Origin: Candidatus Pacearchaeota archaeon
Lineage (GTDB): Archaea > Nanobdellota > Nanobdellia > Pacearchaeales > GW2011-AR1
Assembly (NCBI GenBank): GCA_018304985.1
Contig: JAGVWP010000001.1
Span: 3,913 to 67,912, forward strand
Direction of reading: 5' to 3'
Length of the DNA: 64,000 nucleotides
The position numbers and the translations under genes were made by a program. This document shows, piece after piece, positions 29,368-39,459 of the stretch; within the stretch, counting starts at the first letter, position 1; every line of letters starts with the position of its first letter. The notes beneath the pieces were generated by a model, which did not search any database, had not been told where the DNA came from, and was given only the letters and a program-made list of their open reading frames with translations.

Positions 29368-29411
29368 TTTTAAATCATTTAATTTAAATACCCATATTTT
29401 ATAGATTTTAA

Positions 29412-30476
29412 ATGAAAGAAAAACAAGAAGTTAAAGAGAGTAAAGTAAGCAGTAAAAGAAGCTTAAGTGAAATGTATGACAAGTATTACAAAATAGCTTT
29501 AATTATCCCTATTATTATTCTTATCTTAAGTATTGGTTACTTATTTAATTTTGCACAGCAAAATGGAGATATAATTAAAAAAGACATATCTTTAACAGGA
29601 GGAACATCTATACAAGTTAATGCTAAAGCAGATATTAATGAGTTAAAATCTGCTTTAAATAATAAATTTAATGATGTTTCAATAAGTTATATTTCAGATA
29701 TTCTTACAGGAGAGCAAGTTGCAGTTATAATTGAAACTAGAGCACAACCAGATGAAATAGTTCCGGAAATTGAAAAATATTTTGGATTTAAATTAGACTC
29801 TAAAAACAGCAGCATAGAATTTACTGGATCTACAATAGGAGAGGGGTTCTATCAGCAGCTTATGCTTGCAGTGTTCTTCGCATTCTTATTCATGGGAACT
29901 GTTGTATTTTTTATTTTTTCAAGCAATAAAAAAATAAAATACTTGCTCATCTTACTATCACTTATTCCTCCAATTTTATTCTTTTTCACAAAATCAATTT
30001 CTTTAACACAGGCATTTATTCTTTCTGGAATTGTTCTCTTAATAAGTATTTATTTTTATATAAGATACAGTATCCCGAGTATGGCTGTTGTTTTTGCAGC
30101 ATTTGCTGATATTGTAATGACTGTTACACTTGTTGATCTTATGGGCATGGAGGTTTCAACAGCAGGAATAGTTGCTTTCTTAATGTTAATTGGATATAGT
30201 GTTGATACAGATATATTGCTGACAACCAGAGTATTAAAACATAAGGGAGAAAGTGTTAATAGAAGGATTTTGAGTTCTTTTAAGACAGGAATAACAATGA
30301 CTTTAACTGCTTTAGCTGTTGTTGTTATTGGCTTAATTCTAACTTCCTCATTCTCAGATGTTTTAAGCCAGATTTTTACTATTTTAACTATTGGATTATT
30401 ATTTGATATACCTAATACATGGCTTACAAATGCTTCAATGGTTAAATGGTATGTCACTCATAAAAAACTAGATTAA
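29412..30476 (+). CDS. secF: protein-export membrane protein SecF
   Basis: 354 aa. One TM is followed by a ~100-aa periplasmic domain and then GSTIGEGFYQQLMLAVFFAFLFM plus 5 TM helices. Adjacent to SecD. Confidence 0.65.
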   Translation: MKEKQEVKESKVSSKRSLSEMYDKYYKIALIIPIIILILSIGYLFNFAQQNGDIIKKDISLTGGTSIQVNAKADINELKSALNNKFNDVSISYISDILTGEQVAVIIETRAQPDEIVPEIEKYFGFKLDSKNSSIEFTGSTIGEGFYQQLMLAVFFAFLFMGTVVFFIFSSNKKIKYLLILLSLIPPILFFFTKSISLTQAFILSGIVLLISIYFYIRYSIPSMAVVFAAFADIVMTVTLVDLMGMEVSTAGIVAFLMLIGYSVDTDILLTTRVLKHKGESVNRRILSSFKTGITMTLTALAVVVIGLILTSSFSDVLSQIFTILTIGLLFDIPNTWLTNASMVKWYVTHKKLD

Positions 30477-30557
30477 AATGAACCTTTGAAAAGACAAGCA
30501 AAAAACCTATCGGTTTTAAAGGTTCCCAAAACTAATAAAAATTAAATAAAAAACAAA

Positions 30558-32105
30558 ATGATAAAATTAACATGGAGAATATGGGCTTTGGTAATATTGC
30601 TAGCCTTATCTATATTATCTATTTTTAGCTTTCCTCCTTTGTTCTTTTCAAAAGGAGTTATTGTAAAAAGTGTTGAAGTTAACTCTACTGCATTTAATGA
30701 AGGATTAAAGCAAGGAGAAATTATAAAATCAATTAATAATCAGCCTATAAATAATTTTGATGAATATTCAAATATAGTTTCTCCATTAAATAATAAAACT
30801 AATGAGAGTATTAAATGGGTTATTACCACAAATAAGAATACATATTCATTTTTTAATCAAGGTTCTTTACAAATAGTTGTTAGTAATATCCCTAAAACAA
30901 CTTTAAAAACTGGTCTGGATCTTCAGGGAGGAGCAAGAGCGTTAGTTTCTCCGGAAAAACAATTAACAACTAATGAAATGCAGGATTTAATAGCAGTTAG
31001 CAATGAAAGATTAAATGTTTATGGTATAAGCGATGTTGTAATAAAACAAGTTAGTGACTTGACAGGAAATAATTATATGTTGGTTGAAATTGCTGGAGCA
31101 ACTCCAAAGGATTTAGAGTCTTTAATAGGGCAGCAAGGCAAATTTGAGGCAAAAATAGGAAATGAAACAGTATTTGTTGGAGGCAATAAGGATATAACTT
31201 ATGTTTGTAGGGATGATGCAAGTTGCGCAGGCATTGAAGCATGTAATCCTATTCAAGGCGGAGAGATATGTAATTATAGGTTTGTTATCCATTTAAGCGA
31301 AGAGGCTGCAAAAAGACATGCAGATATTACAAGTAAACTTTCTGTAAATTCTTCATCACCTACTGCGGGAGATAGATATCTTGAAAAACAAATTGATTTC
31401 TTTGTAGACGATAAACTATCAACCTCTCTTTATATTTCTGAAGATCTAAAAGGGCAGGTAACAACACAAATACAGATTCAGGGAAGTGGAACAGGCGCTG
31501 ATAGAAACTCTGCAATTCAAAGTGCGGAAGATTCAATGAAGAAAATGCAGACTATCCTTATTACAGGAAGCTTGCCGTATAAATTAAGTATTGTCAAGTT
31601 GGATACAATTTCTCCAGTACTTGGAGAGAGATTTAATTATTTAATCTTACTGACTGGACTGGCAGGCTTGATTGCAGTAGCAATTATAATTTTTGTTAGA
31701 TATAGAAATTTTAAGGCTTCTATGGCTTTGCTTTTCACAAGCTTTGCAGAAGTAGTAATTATTTTAGGAGTAGCTTCATTAATTAAATGGAATTTAGATC
31801 TGCCAAGTATTGTAGGGATACTTGTCACAATTGGAACAGGGGTTGACCAGCAGATAGTTATTCTTGATGAATTCAAATCAAAAAGAATTGAAAGTTTAAG
31901 AGAAAAATTAAAAAGCGCTTTATTCATTGTTGTTTCAGCTTTTTTTACAGCAGTAGTTTCACTTCTTCCTTTATTCTGGGCAGGAGCAGGACTCTTAAAG
32001 GGATTTGCAGTTACAACAATCATTGGACTAACAATTGGAGTTTTAATCTCAAGACCAGCATTTGCAGATATGCTTAAATTTTTAGGGGAAAGACATACGC
32101 AGTAA
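30558..32105 (+). CDS. secD: protein-export membrane protein SecD
   Basis: 515 aa. An N-terminal TM is followed by a large extracytoplasmic domain and a C-terminal 6-TM bundle with a TIGTGVDQQIVI motif. Confidence 0.65.
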   Translation: MIKLTWRIWALVILLALSILSIFSFPPLFFSKGVIVKSVEVNSTAFNEGLKQGEIIKSINNQPINNFDEYSNIVSPLNNKTNESIKWVITTNKNTYSFFNQGSLQIVVSNIPKTTLKTGLDLQGGARALVSPEKQLTTNEMQDLIAVSNERLNVYGISDVVIKQVSDLTGNNYMLVEIAGATPKDLESLIGQQGKFEAKIGNETVFVGGNKDITYVCRDDASCAGIEACNPIQGGEICNYRFVIHLSEEAAKRHADITSKLSVNSSSPTAGDRYLEKQIDFFVDDKLSTSLYISEDLKGQVTTQIQIQGSGTGADRNSAIQSAEDSMKKMQTILITGSLPYKLSIVKLDTISPVLGERFNYLILLTGLAGLIAVAIIIFVRYRNFKASMALLFTSFAEVVIILGVASLIKWNLDLPSIVGILVTIGTGVDQQIVILDEFKSKRIESLREKLKSALFIVVSAFFTAVVSLLPLFWAGAGLLKGFAVTTIIGLTIGVLISRPAFADMLKFLGERHTQ

Positions 32106-32106
32106 A

Positions 32107-32553
32107 ATGCTTCCTAAAATCCATATTCTTCTAGGCATAATTTTCTCTTTAAGTTTCTGGTATCTTTTTCCACAAATCGGTTTTCTTGGCTTTGCAATAA
32201 TTTTTGCTTCTTCAGTATTAATTGATGTTGACCATTACTTATTTTATGCTTATACAAGGAAGGACTGGAATTATTTTCATGCTAAGAAATGGTTTATGGA
32301 TAAGACAATGGAATTTAGAAAAATGCCAAAAGGCAAGAGAAAAAAATTGGCAAGAGCGATTCCGTGCATTTTTCATGGAATTGAAGCTATAATTATCCTG
32401 CTTTTTTTATCATTGTTTTCAAATATTTTCTTTTTTATCCTTATAGGTTTTTTATTTCACGAATTTCTTGATTTAATTGGCATTATATATTGGGGCTATG
32501 ACTTGAATCATATACTTTCTCAAACGCGGAATATTTTACGATATAAAAAATAA
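32107..32553 (+). CDS. membrane protein, possibly YdjM/DUF457-like metal-dependent hydrolase
   Basis: Hydrophobic, with a DVDHYLFY motif; 1-nt spacing from secD. Confidence 0.3.
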   Translation: MLPKIHILLGIIFSLSFWYLFPQIGFLGFAIIFASSVLIDVDHYLFYAYTRKDWNYFHAKKWFMDKTMEFRKMPKGKRKKLARAIPCIFHGIEAIIILLFLSLFSNIFFFILIGFLFHEFLDLIGIIYWGYDLNHILSQTRNILRYKK

Positions 32554-32680
32554 GATCAAATGTAACCCTTACAGAAATGTTCTGAAAACATGCTATATCT
32601 CTTTTTAATTTATGCTTAAGCTACTGATGTTTATATTTAATTAGATAAAGTAAAATTTATTAATAAGCTATAAACCATGC

Positions 32681-32705
32681 AAAATTTCTCTCAATGAGAA
32701 ATTTT
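32681..32705. repeat. 9-bp stem hairpin aaatttctc-N5-gagaaattt (terminator-like) between convergent genes
   Basis: Same hairpin at 53254-53279; the flanks (ttctgaaaaYatKSYAtaWCT) are also shared. Confidence 0.7.
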
Positions 32706-32738
32706 ATAATGTAATGATTCAAACCTGTTTTAAAGATT

Positions 32739-32936
32739 TTAGAATTTTTTGAACTTAGTTGTTAATTCCAAAAGATCAACCTGTCCTAGAAAAGCTGCTC
32801 TGCAGCAATATCTTTCCAATCCCAGCTCATCCATTACTTTTCCAGGCTCTTCGCCAGATTCTACACGCTTTTTAAAATCGTCGTGCAAATGTGCTATCGG
32901 ACGACCGCAACTCATACACCTTATGGGACAAATCAT
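32739..32936 (-). CDS. rpoN: DNA-directed RNA polymerase subunit N (Rpb10 homologue)
   Basis: MICPIRCMSCGRPIA...LERYCCRAAFLGQVDLLE has the CxxC...CC zinc motif and Rpb10 length (65 aa from the internal ATG; the track ORF starts at an upstream GTG). Confidence 0.85.
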   Translation of the reverse strand: MICPIRCMSCGRPIAHLHDDFKKRVESGEEPGKVMDELGLERYCCRAAFLGQVDLLELTTKFKKF

Positions 32937-32951
32937 TGTATATTTATCCAC

Positions 32952-33896
32952 TTAAGGATATTTATAAAGCTTTTGATTCATAGTTTCTAAATTTTTAGTA
33001 CATGAATTCACAATATTCAAAAAAGATTTAATTTCTTCCTGCTTTCCTAAATTAAGAACCCAAATAGGTTTACGTTTATCTCCTGGAGGATATTTTCTTA
33101 AATTCAACCTTGGATGGAATCCAAGCCCCTCGATTAATTGTTTAGTTAATTGAATAGTGTTTTCTTCACAACTTACAATTATTAATATAAGATAGCTTCT
33201 ATTATATCTTTTATCATGATTTATGCTCAAACATCCTTCACTTTCATGTATGCCTTTTAAAAAATAAATTGGATAATCTAAGGCGATTTTTCTTATATCT
33301 TCTATAGTCAGGTTATTAAACCAATTATAAAATAACTTTGATGAAGCAATAGTTCTCCAATATTTTTTCTTTTGAAAAATATTTGGATTTAGACCTATCT
33401 TTTTTAAGGTGTCATAAAAACACTTACAAAAATTATAATCCAAAACATCTAATCCTATGAAAGAGTTATTTTTGTATTTATATGTCCAAGCATCACCAAG
33501 TAGAACTCCCAAGATATAAGATATATCGGGTGAGGAAGAAAGATTTGGATTTAGAGTGTTTCCAGGATCCCTCCATTTCAAAAATGAAGTTGATTTTCTT
33601 AATTTAATATTATTTTTTAAAAGATTTTCTCTTATTGTCCATTGTGAGCAATTATATTTTTTTGCTATATCCTTAAAAGATAAATTTTTATTTTCATAAA
33701 AATCTACTAAATCGTCTTTTTTAATATTTATCTTTATTTCATAAAGCCTTCTTTTTATTTTATACTCTATAAGCCTTCTTCTAATTGTTTCTGGGTTACA
33801 TCTATATATTTTAGAAATATCGCTTGTGGATTTTCTTTTTTTCAAATAAAGTCCCTTAAGTTTGCTTCTTGGGATTGTTATTTTTTCATTTTTCAT
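32952..33896 (-). CDS. free-standing LAGLIDADG-family homing-endonuclease-like protein with two N-terminal HTH modules
   Basis: Two LAGLIDADG-type motifs, YILGVLLGDAW and YFLKGIHESEGCL, about 90 aa apart. The N-terminus carries two resolvase-like HTH repeats. Confidence 0.6.
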   Translation of the reverse strand: MKNEKITIPRSKLKGLYLKKRKSTSDISKIYRCNPETIRRRLIEYKIKRRLYEIKINIKKDDLVDFYENKNLSFKDIAKKYNCSQWTIRENLLKNNIKLRKSTSFLKWRDPGNTLNPNLSSSPDISYILGVLLGDAWTYKYKNNSFIGLDVLDYNFCKCFYDTLKKIGLNPNIFQKKKYWRTIASSKLFYNWFNNLTIEDIRKIALDYPIYFLKGIHESEGCLSINHDKRYNRSYLILIIVSCEENTIQLTKQLIEGLGFHPRLNLRKYPPGDKRKPIWVLNLGKQEEIKSFLNIVNSCTKNLETMNQKLYKYP

Positions 33897-33961
33897 TAAT
33901 CTTTAGATCTCAAAATGGAGTCGAGGCATCACAGAATAAAAATAAAGGTATAAAAATATAA

Positions 33962-34795
33962 TTATAATCTGCTAAATAATCCTAATACCTCTTCAAGTTT
34001 TGAAGCAGGTAGTTCTCCTGTTCTGACACCTTCAACAATTTTTTTATGTTCTTCAATTTCTTGAGGAGTGTATTTTTTCACGTTTTCAGTTTCAGTAGTT
34101 TTAGAAACTTTTTGTGAAGCGCCTTCGGCGCTTACTTCACGCACCCCACGAACCCTATCGCCGCTATGAAGGTCCCTGCTGCCGCCATTAAGCACAGACC
34201 TGCTGTCAAGCCTGCTGAACCACAGCTGTCTAGCAAAAGGATAATTTTGTTTATTAACATAATCTTTATCAACTGCCCAAACAGGCATTTTCATTATTTC
34301 TGGTTCTCCATTTCTTAACCAATTTCCATAGGCCTGTGCTTTATCTGAATCTCCTGCTCCAAAAGCCCAGATAGTTAACGCTTCTTCATTAAACCTATTT
34401 GTTGGAATTCCTATATTATGCAAAGGAAAGTCAACAGAATCTGCTAAAGCTTTTTCAATAGCTTCTTTAGAAGGATAAAATTCTTTAATATCCCTATGTG
34501 CCTGTGTTGCTTCTTCAGCTGAATATAAAATTGGAGAATTTCTAACTAATTTAGTTCCTTTTCTAGGAATGTAAAGAACTCCTTCTCTTACATAATTTCC
34601 CTTTGTAGAAACATTATGCTGTTTACCTTGAATCATTCTTTGCTCAACATTTACAGGCAAAGAAATAATATCATAATTTTCACTTTCTAATTCTGCTTGA
34701 GCTAAATCAAAAGGAGCATAAACTATTCCAGATTGAAGTTTACTTGGAACTATATCCACATTTACTTCATACTTTGTTTGAGTTGCTGTTGCCAT
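33962..34795 (-). CDS. hypothetical protein (no TM, locally GC-rich coding patch)
   Basis: 277-aa ORF whose composition is unlike its neighbours. About 160 bp of ~50% GC at 34095-34260. A TATA-like element lies upstream. Confidence 0.45.
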   Translation of the reverse strand: MATATQTKYEVNVDIVPSKLQSGIVYAPFDLAQAELESENYDIISLPVNVEQRMIQGKQHNVSTKGNYVREGVLYIPRKGTKLVRNSPILYSAEEATQAHRDIKEFYPSKEAIEKALADSVDFPLHNIGIPTNRFNEEALTIWAFGAGDSDKAQAYGNWLRNGEPEIMKMPVWAVDKDYVNKQNYPFARQLWFSRLDSRSVLNGGSRDLHSGDRVRGVREVSAEGASQKVSKTTETENVKKYTPQEIEEHKKIVEGVRTGELPASKLEEVLGLFSRL

Positions 34796-34912
34796 ATTTT
34801 TTCTAGAAAAGTAGACTATTTAAACTTTTCTATTAATATTAATTTATTAGTAGTAACAATAAAAAGGTTTATAAGTAATTATTTATACTAATTAAAATAA
34901 GAGTAAGTAAAA

Positions 34913-35626
34913 ATGAAACACGAAATAGAACTGAAGAATGTAACAAAGTATTATTATATGGGTGAGAATATAGTGAAAGCTTTGGATGGAATTAGCATTA
35001 ATATTGAAACGGGAGATTTTGTTGCAATAATGGGGCCTAGTGGAAGTGGAAAATCAACAGGCATGAATCTTACAGGAAGTTTGGATTATGCAACAAAAGG
35101 AGAAATATACTTAAATGGAATGAATATTGAAGAACTTTCAGAATCTGAATTAGCCCAAGTAAGGGGGAAGAAAATCGGATTCATATTTCAGGGTTTTAAT
35201 TTAATTCCTAATTTAACCGCGTTGGAAAATGTAATGCTTCCAATGACTTTTCAAGGATTAGATAAAGATGAGAGAAGAGAAAGAGCTGAGAAGCTTCTTG
35301 AAAAAGTTGAATTAAAAGAAAGGGAAGATCACTATCCTAATCAGCTTTCAGGCGGGCAACAGCAAAGAGTTGCAATTGCAAGAGCATTGGCAAATAATCC
35401 TGAAATAATTCTTGCAGACGAGCCGACTGGAAATTTAGATACAAGAACCGGAGAGATTGTTATTGAATTTCTTGAAAAACTAAATAGTGAAGGCAAAACA
35501 ATAATTATGGTTACTCATGATCCTAATCTGGCACAAAAACATGCCAGAACAGTTTACTGGCTGAAAGATGGAAAAGTGGAGAAAGTTACTAAGAAAGTTA
35601 AGGGAAAGTGGGTAGTTGTAAAATGA
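34913..35626 (+). CDS. ABC transporter ATP-binding protein (MacB/LolD/FtsE-type)
   Basis: Walker [10 protein letters not shown], signature [15 protein letters not shown], Walker B ILADEPT, H-loop. Confidence 0.85.
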   Translation: MKHEIELKNVTKYYYMGENIVKALDGISINIETGDFVAIMGPSGSGKSTGMNLTGSLDYATKGEIYLNGMNIEELSESELAQVRGKKIGFIFQGFNLIPNLTALENVMLPMTFQGLDKDERRERAEKLLEKVELKEREDHYPNQLSGGQQQRVAIARALANNPEIILADEPTGNLDTRTGEIVIEFLEKLNSEGKTIIMVTHDPNLAQKHARTVYWLKDGKVEKVTKKVKGKWVVVK

Positions 35627-35757
35627 TTAAAATTTAGAGCAACATATTATAAGGATATACCAACAAGTTGTTACAGTTAGTAGAAATTCCTCTCGATTGA
35701 TATTTTTTATATGTAAATATTTAAGAATACTATGAATTTCTTGGTGTATAAGTTTGA

Positions 35758-36606
35758 TTAATAGTTCGAGATCGTTAGTCTGATTTTTGGATATTCGTTA
35801 TAGTAAACGTCTAGTCTTGGAAAGTTATTATTATCGGATTTAGAATACTCCATGCTTTGATCTTGATTCAAGAAATATTCTAAGCCAAGGTTATCCCAAG
35901 GAAATCTCCAATTGTTTTTAGTTAAGTATGAATGATGTTTTATGTATGTTTCGTTTAGTGGATAGACCGAATTATATTCACAAATTAAGTTGTAATATTT
36001 TGTTCCCCATGTGTCTGTTTTTACCTCGTATTTTATGGTTTCACATTCACCGTTGTTAGAATATATAGGTATATCTTCAAGATAATTTGAAAATTGTCTT
36101 TTATAAGAAAAGTAATTTGAGTTGTAAGCTACTAAAGATATTCCGACTACTATAAGCAATACAACTATTGACAAAATAATAATGTTTTTACGAAGGCTTT
36201 CTTTTTCTTTAACTTTAAAAAGTCCAATTATTCCAATTATGACTCCAATTGCGTAGATAATTCCCAGAACTGGACCACCAAAGATTATTGTAAATATAAG
36301 TACATAACCTACTTCCCCCCATCCAAAGAAAATGTAAGAAACTAGTGCAGCTCCTATAAGGGTAATTATTCCAAGTAAAATAGTAGCTATTAACACCTTT
36401 TTAGCTTTGTTATTTAGTGAGTTTTGTTCTGAATATGATAAAATAATCAAAATAGGTATATTTAATAAGAGTATAATAGAAACCAGATAAATAAATTGAT
36501 AAGCTTGACCTAAGGCGTCTGAATTCAAAATTACCAAGAAATAACGGGAGAAATACAACAATACTGACAAGACTAATAACCCCCAAAGAACTTTTTTCTC
36601 TACCAT
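35758..36606 (-). CDS. hypothetical membrane protein
   Basis: N-terminal multi-TM region followed by a soluble C-terminal domain. Confidence 0.4.
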   Translation of the reverse strand: MVEKKVLWGLLVLSVLLYFSRYFLVILNSDALGQAYQFIYLVSIILLLNIPILIILSYSEQNSLNNKAKKVLIATILLGIITLIGAALVSYIFFGWGEVGYVLIFTIIFGGPVLGIIYAIGVIIGIIGLFKVKEKESLRKNIIILSIVVLLIVVGISLVAYNSNYFSYKRQFSNYLEDIPIYSNNGECETIKYEVKTDTWGTKYYNLICEYNSVYPLNETYIKHHSYLTKNNWRFPWDNLGLEYFLNQDQSMEYSKSDNNNFPRLDVYYNEYPKIRLTISNY

Positions 36607-36760
36607 TTACATATTTATGTTTAATTAGATTTAAAAACTTTGTCTTATCCAGAAATAATGTTCATTCGACAAATAAGAATAGAAAAGTTCAATAAAGCTA
36701 AACTTAAAACACCTACATTTACATATTTTATTTAATTTCTTAATATATTCTACTTTAATT

Positions 36761-37420
36761 TTATTTTTTAGCATTTTTATCAATTTGCTTATTTAACAAA
36801 TTCCAAAGCTTATCTAAAACATATTCAGGAATAACCACTTTATTTTTATTTGTTAAATTTTCAAATGTTGTTCTAAGTTCTAAAATAGCTCTTTCACTTC
36901 CTAAATTAACCTGATTTTCAGCTTCATTAATTATCAAATCCCAATTTATTTTTGAATTATTTATTATATTCAATATATCCAGTTCGTCTTTCTCTCTTCC
37001 AGTAACTGCTTTCATTATGATTAGATCATGAATATCTGCAATTTTTATTATTAAATTATCATTAAATTGCCGAATAGTATCCTCGGATCTTTTTTGCATC
37101 TGCTTTGAAAAAGTCGAGGTTATAACTTTTAACAAAAATAAATCAATCCTTGCATCATCTAACTTAATTAAAATAGGTTTATTGCTTCTATCTCCGTAAA
37201 CTACCTTTGCATCCATTTCACCATACCCTAAAGATTCTGCAGCTTTCTTAAAAGCCTGCCTGTCTTTATCGTTTGTGAAAATTAAATCTATGTCTAATGA
37301 ATTTGCTTTTAATCCAAGAAACATAAGCGCTGTCCCGCCTATTGCATATATTGTAATTTTTTTGTCAAGTCTCTTCGCTATTGATGTAAATAAATTTGTT
37401 TGATCTACTAAAGATATCAT
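36761..37420 (-). CDS. Pol-beta-superfamily nucleotidyltransferase (AbiEii-like toxin candidate)
   Basis: AIGGTALMFLGLKANSLDIDL fits the GG-x12-DhD minimal NTase motif; 4-nt overlap with the upstream wHTH gene. Confidence 0.5.
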   Translation of the reverse strand: MISLVDQTNLFTSIAKRLDKKITIYAIGGTALMFLGLKANSLDIDLIFTNDKDRQAFKKAAESLGYGEMDAKVVYGDRSNKPILIKLDDARIDLFLLKVITSTFSKQMQKRSEDTIRQFNDNLIIKIADIHDLIIMKAVTGREKDELDILNIINNSKINWDLIINEAENQVNLGSERAILELRTTFENLTNKNKVVIPEYVLDKLWNLLNKQIDKNAKK

Positions 37421-38016
37421 AATTCATATTCCTCCAAATCGGCAGTATTTAACGGAATATAAACTTTCCATTTTTTTTCAAGGTCGGTAAAACTTTTAGA
37501 ACTAAATCCTTCAATAAAATACTTGTATTTATCAGATTTTTTTGGTGTTGCAAGAGTCTTGAATCTTTTAGGCATTCTTCTTATCTTTGGAATTACAAGC
37601 CTTGCAATATCATACAATATTGCTACTTCTCTTACCAAATCTTCTTTTTTAGCAAGTTTGTATAAACTGCTCCAGTCTTTTAATCCCCTAAATAAAGAAA
37701 GCGAGGCGATAAGAAACCTTACATCTCTGCGATTTATTGCATAAATCAGGGTTTCTTCTATACTGGGAATTTTGCCATAAATAATATGATTTCCATAGTC
37801 AGCTAATTTTATTCCAGCTGTAGGAGCATATTTATTTATAATATCTATATAACTTATGCCTTTAGCCGGATTTGTAACATAAATATAATACACTCTCATT
37901 TTGCTAGAAGTGTATTTAGTTTTAACATATCCTTTCTTTCGTAATTTATACACAATATAAACTGCTCTAGCCCTGTCTATATCTAACTGGTCTTGGATTG
38001 TCTGAATTGTGTGCAT
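37417..38016 (-). CDS. winged-HTH transcriptional regulator (AbiEi-like antitoxin candidate)
   Basis: Taking the internal ATG at 38016 (MHTIQ...) gives a 200-aa wHTH protein. It is translationally coupled to the NTase gene. Confidence 0.45.
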   Translation of the reverse strand: MHTIQTIQDQLDIDRARAVYIVYKLRKKGYVKTKYTSSKMRVYYIYVTNPAKGISYIDIINKYAPTAGIKLADYGNHIIYGKIPSIEETLIYAINRRDVRFLIASLSLFRGLKDWSSLYKLAKKEDLVREVAILYDIARLVIPKIRRMPKRFKTLATPKKSDKYKYFIEGFSSKSFTDLEKKWKVYIPLNTADLEEYEL

Positions 38017-38060
38017 TCCTTCTAATTTTTTAGCTAATTCGAATAATTTGGTTTTTATAA

Positions 38061-38143
38061 TTAAATGTATGCGAACTAATATATAAACTTTTCTATTATT
38101 TAAGCTAAATGTTAAATGTATGAGCAATAATATATAAATAAAG
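38061..38143. repeat. tandem direct repeat (2 x ~28 bp: ttaaatgtatgMgaaMtaatatataaa) in the divergent promoter region
   Basis: Copies at 38061-38088 and 38112-38143. Confidence 0.7.
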
Positions 38144-38271
38144 TCTTTATTTATATTATATCATTTGAATAAGCTTTTTTAGGATTAAAGATAGATATTT
38201 TAACTTCTTAATGGTAACAATAAAAAGGTTTATAAACTTAGATTTATGGTGATTTTAAGGAGAAAAATGAA

Positions 38272-38652
38272 ATGGAAAGCAGAACAAATGAAGAAAGTGA
38301 AATTGAAAGCGCAATAGAAAGTTATAGAAAGTCAACTTCTAAAAAAAGGTTTATGTTGAAACCTGAAGAAGTCCCGCAATTAATTAGAACTTTTCTTGAT
38401 ATGTTCTATCCTGATGAAGAAACTGATGAATGGTTAAGAACGAAAAATAAAGTATATGGCGGTAAAACTGGCTTAGAGATATTTAGTGAGTTAGATCCTA
38501 AAAAATTAAAGGGCTATATTCATAAATTTCATGATGGTGTATATAAGGTTCTTGCCTTTACTACAGTTCCTGAAGTAATTCCTGTTGAAAGATTTTATTC
38601 AGCAGTTAGAGAAGCGCAATATAAACAACTAAAAGAAATAGGTTTGATTTAA
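38272..38652 (+). CDS. hypothetical acidic protein, first gene of a 9-gene operon
   Basis: ORF; an aaaaggtttataa BRE/TATA box lies about 40 nt upstream. Confidence 0.4.
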   Translation: MESRTNEESEIESAIESYRKSTSKKRFMLKPEEVPQLIRTFLDMFYPDEETDEWLRTKNKVYGGKTGLEIFSELDPKKLKGYIHKFHDGVYKVLAFTTVPEVIPVERFYSAVREAQYKQLKEIGLI

Positions 38653-38653
38653 A

Positions 38654-39199
38654 ATGGAAAACGGAAAAGCTAAATTAGGAAAATTAGAAATTGGTTTAGA
38701 TCAACTTGCAAAGTTTATAGTTAAAGCTAAAAAAAATTGTTATGCTGGAAATGGTCAAGAAGAAAGATTAAGAGATGGCTCTAAAGTTCTGACTTTTCAA
38801 GATGGAGATTTTCATTATACTGATAATTATGCTGGTTTCTACCAAGCTCCCGGAACAGAAATTGTGAGATGGCAAAAAGCTGACGGGCAAAGGTTATGGC
38901 AGATGTCTTATCATGGAAGAATGTTGCCTGAATTTCGGGAAAATGAAGAATTTGCAAAACTAACTTTTAGATTTTTAAAATTAGCATTATCTGAAGCATC
39001 ACAAGACAAACCATTTAGAGGCCCTGAATGGGATAATGGATTTAGAATAGATGACTGGAGATTTAGTAATTGGTTGTATAAAACAAAGACTGAAGGCAAC
39101 CTAACAAACTTCAGAGGAAAAGAAAGAATATTCAATGAATTAGGAAATGAAGTATTTTCACAAGATTATATAGGAGGTTTAGTTATTCCTAAAGATTAA
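38654..39199 (+). CDS. hypothetical protein (possibly DUF5680-like)
   Basis: Motifs YAGNG, DGDFHYTDNYAGF, FRGPEWDNG and YIGGLV. The family assignment is from memory only. Confidence 0.35.
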   Translation: MENGKAKLGKLEIGLDQLAKFIVKAKKNCYAGNGQEERLRDGSKVLTFQDGDFHYTDNYAGFYQAPGTEIVRWQKADGQRLWQMSYHGRMLPEFRENEEFAKLTFRFLKLALSEASQDKPFRGPEWDNGFRIDDWRFSNWLYKTKTEGNLTNFRGKERIFNELGNEVFSQDYIGGLVIPKD

Positions 39200-39200
39200 A

Positions 39201-39458
39201 ATGAAAAGCAGACAAGAATCACATTTAAAGAATATCACAAGAAATATTGATAATTCTATAGCTAACCTAATTTCTCCAAATAGAGAAAGTAATATTTACT
39301 GTAATCTTAGTCTTTTTGAAAATGTAGTAATTGGGGGGTTATTAACTGGAGGAACAGCTAATGCTATAAAAGCAGGAAATGAAATCGGAATAATAAATGC
39401 AGGTATTCTAGCTATTTATTTAAGACATGTTTATTTAGCGAAAAGTTATGATAATTAA
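39201..39458 (+). CDS. small Gly-rich hypothetical protein
   Basis: ORF, 1 nt after the previous gene. Confidence 0.3.
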   Translation: MKSRQESHLKNITRNIDNSIANLISPNRESNIYCNLSLFENVVIGGLLTGGTANAIKAGNEIGIINAGILAIYLRHVYLAKSYDN

Positions 39459-39459
39459 A

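Noticed and set aside
29180-29368. 62-aa ORF on the - strand
   Set aside because: It is the antisense translation of tRNA-Arg and tRNA-Gly (GIEPGS / GFEPTT are typical T-arm artefacts).
32749-32955. 68-aa + strand ORF
   Set aside because: Antisense to rpoN, whose product has the diagnostic Rpb10 zinc motif.
34822-38237. Shared promoter words (aaaaggtttataa, aaacttttctatta) as a novel regulatory motif
   Set aside because: Most of the similarity matches the generic archaeal BRE+TATA consensus used throughout this window (also at 59650). Only the extended 22-nt identity is reported, within the operon finding.
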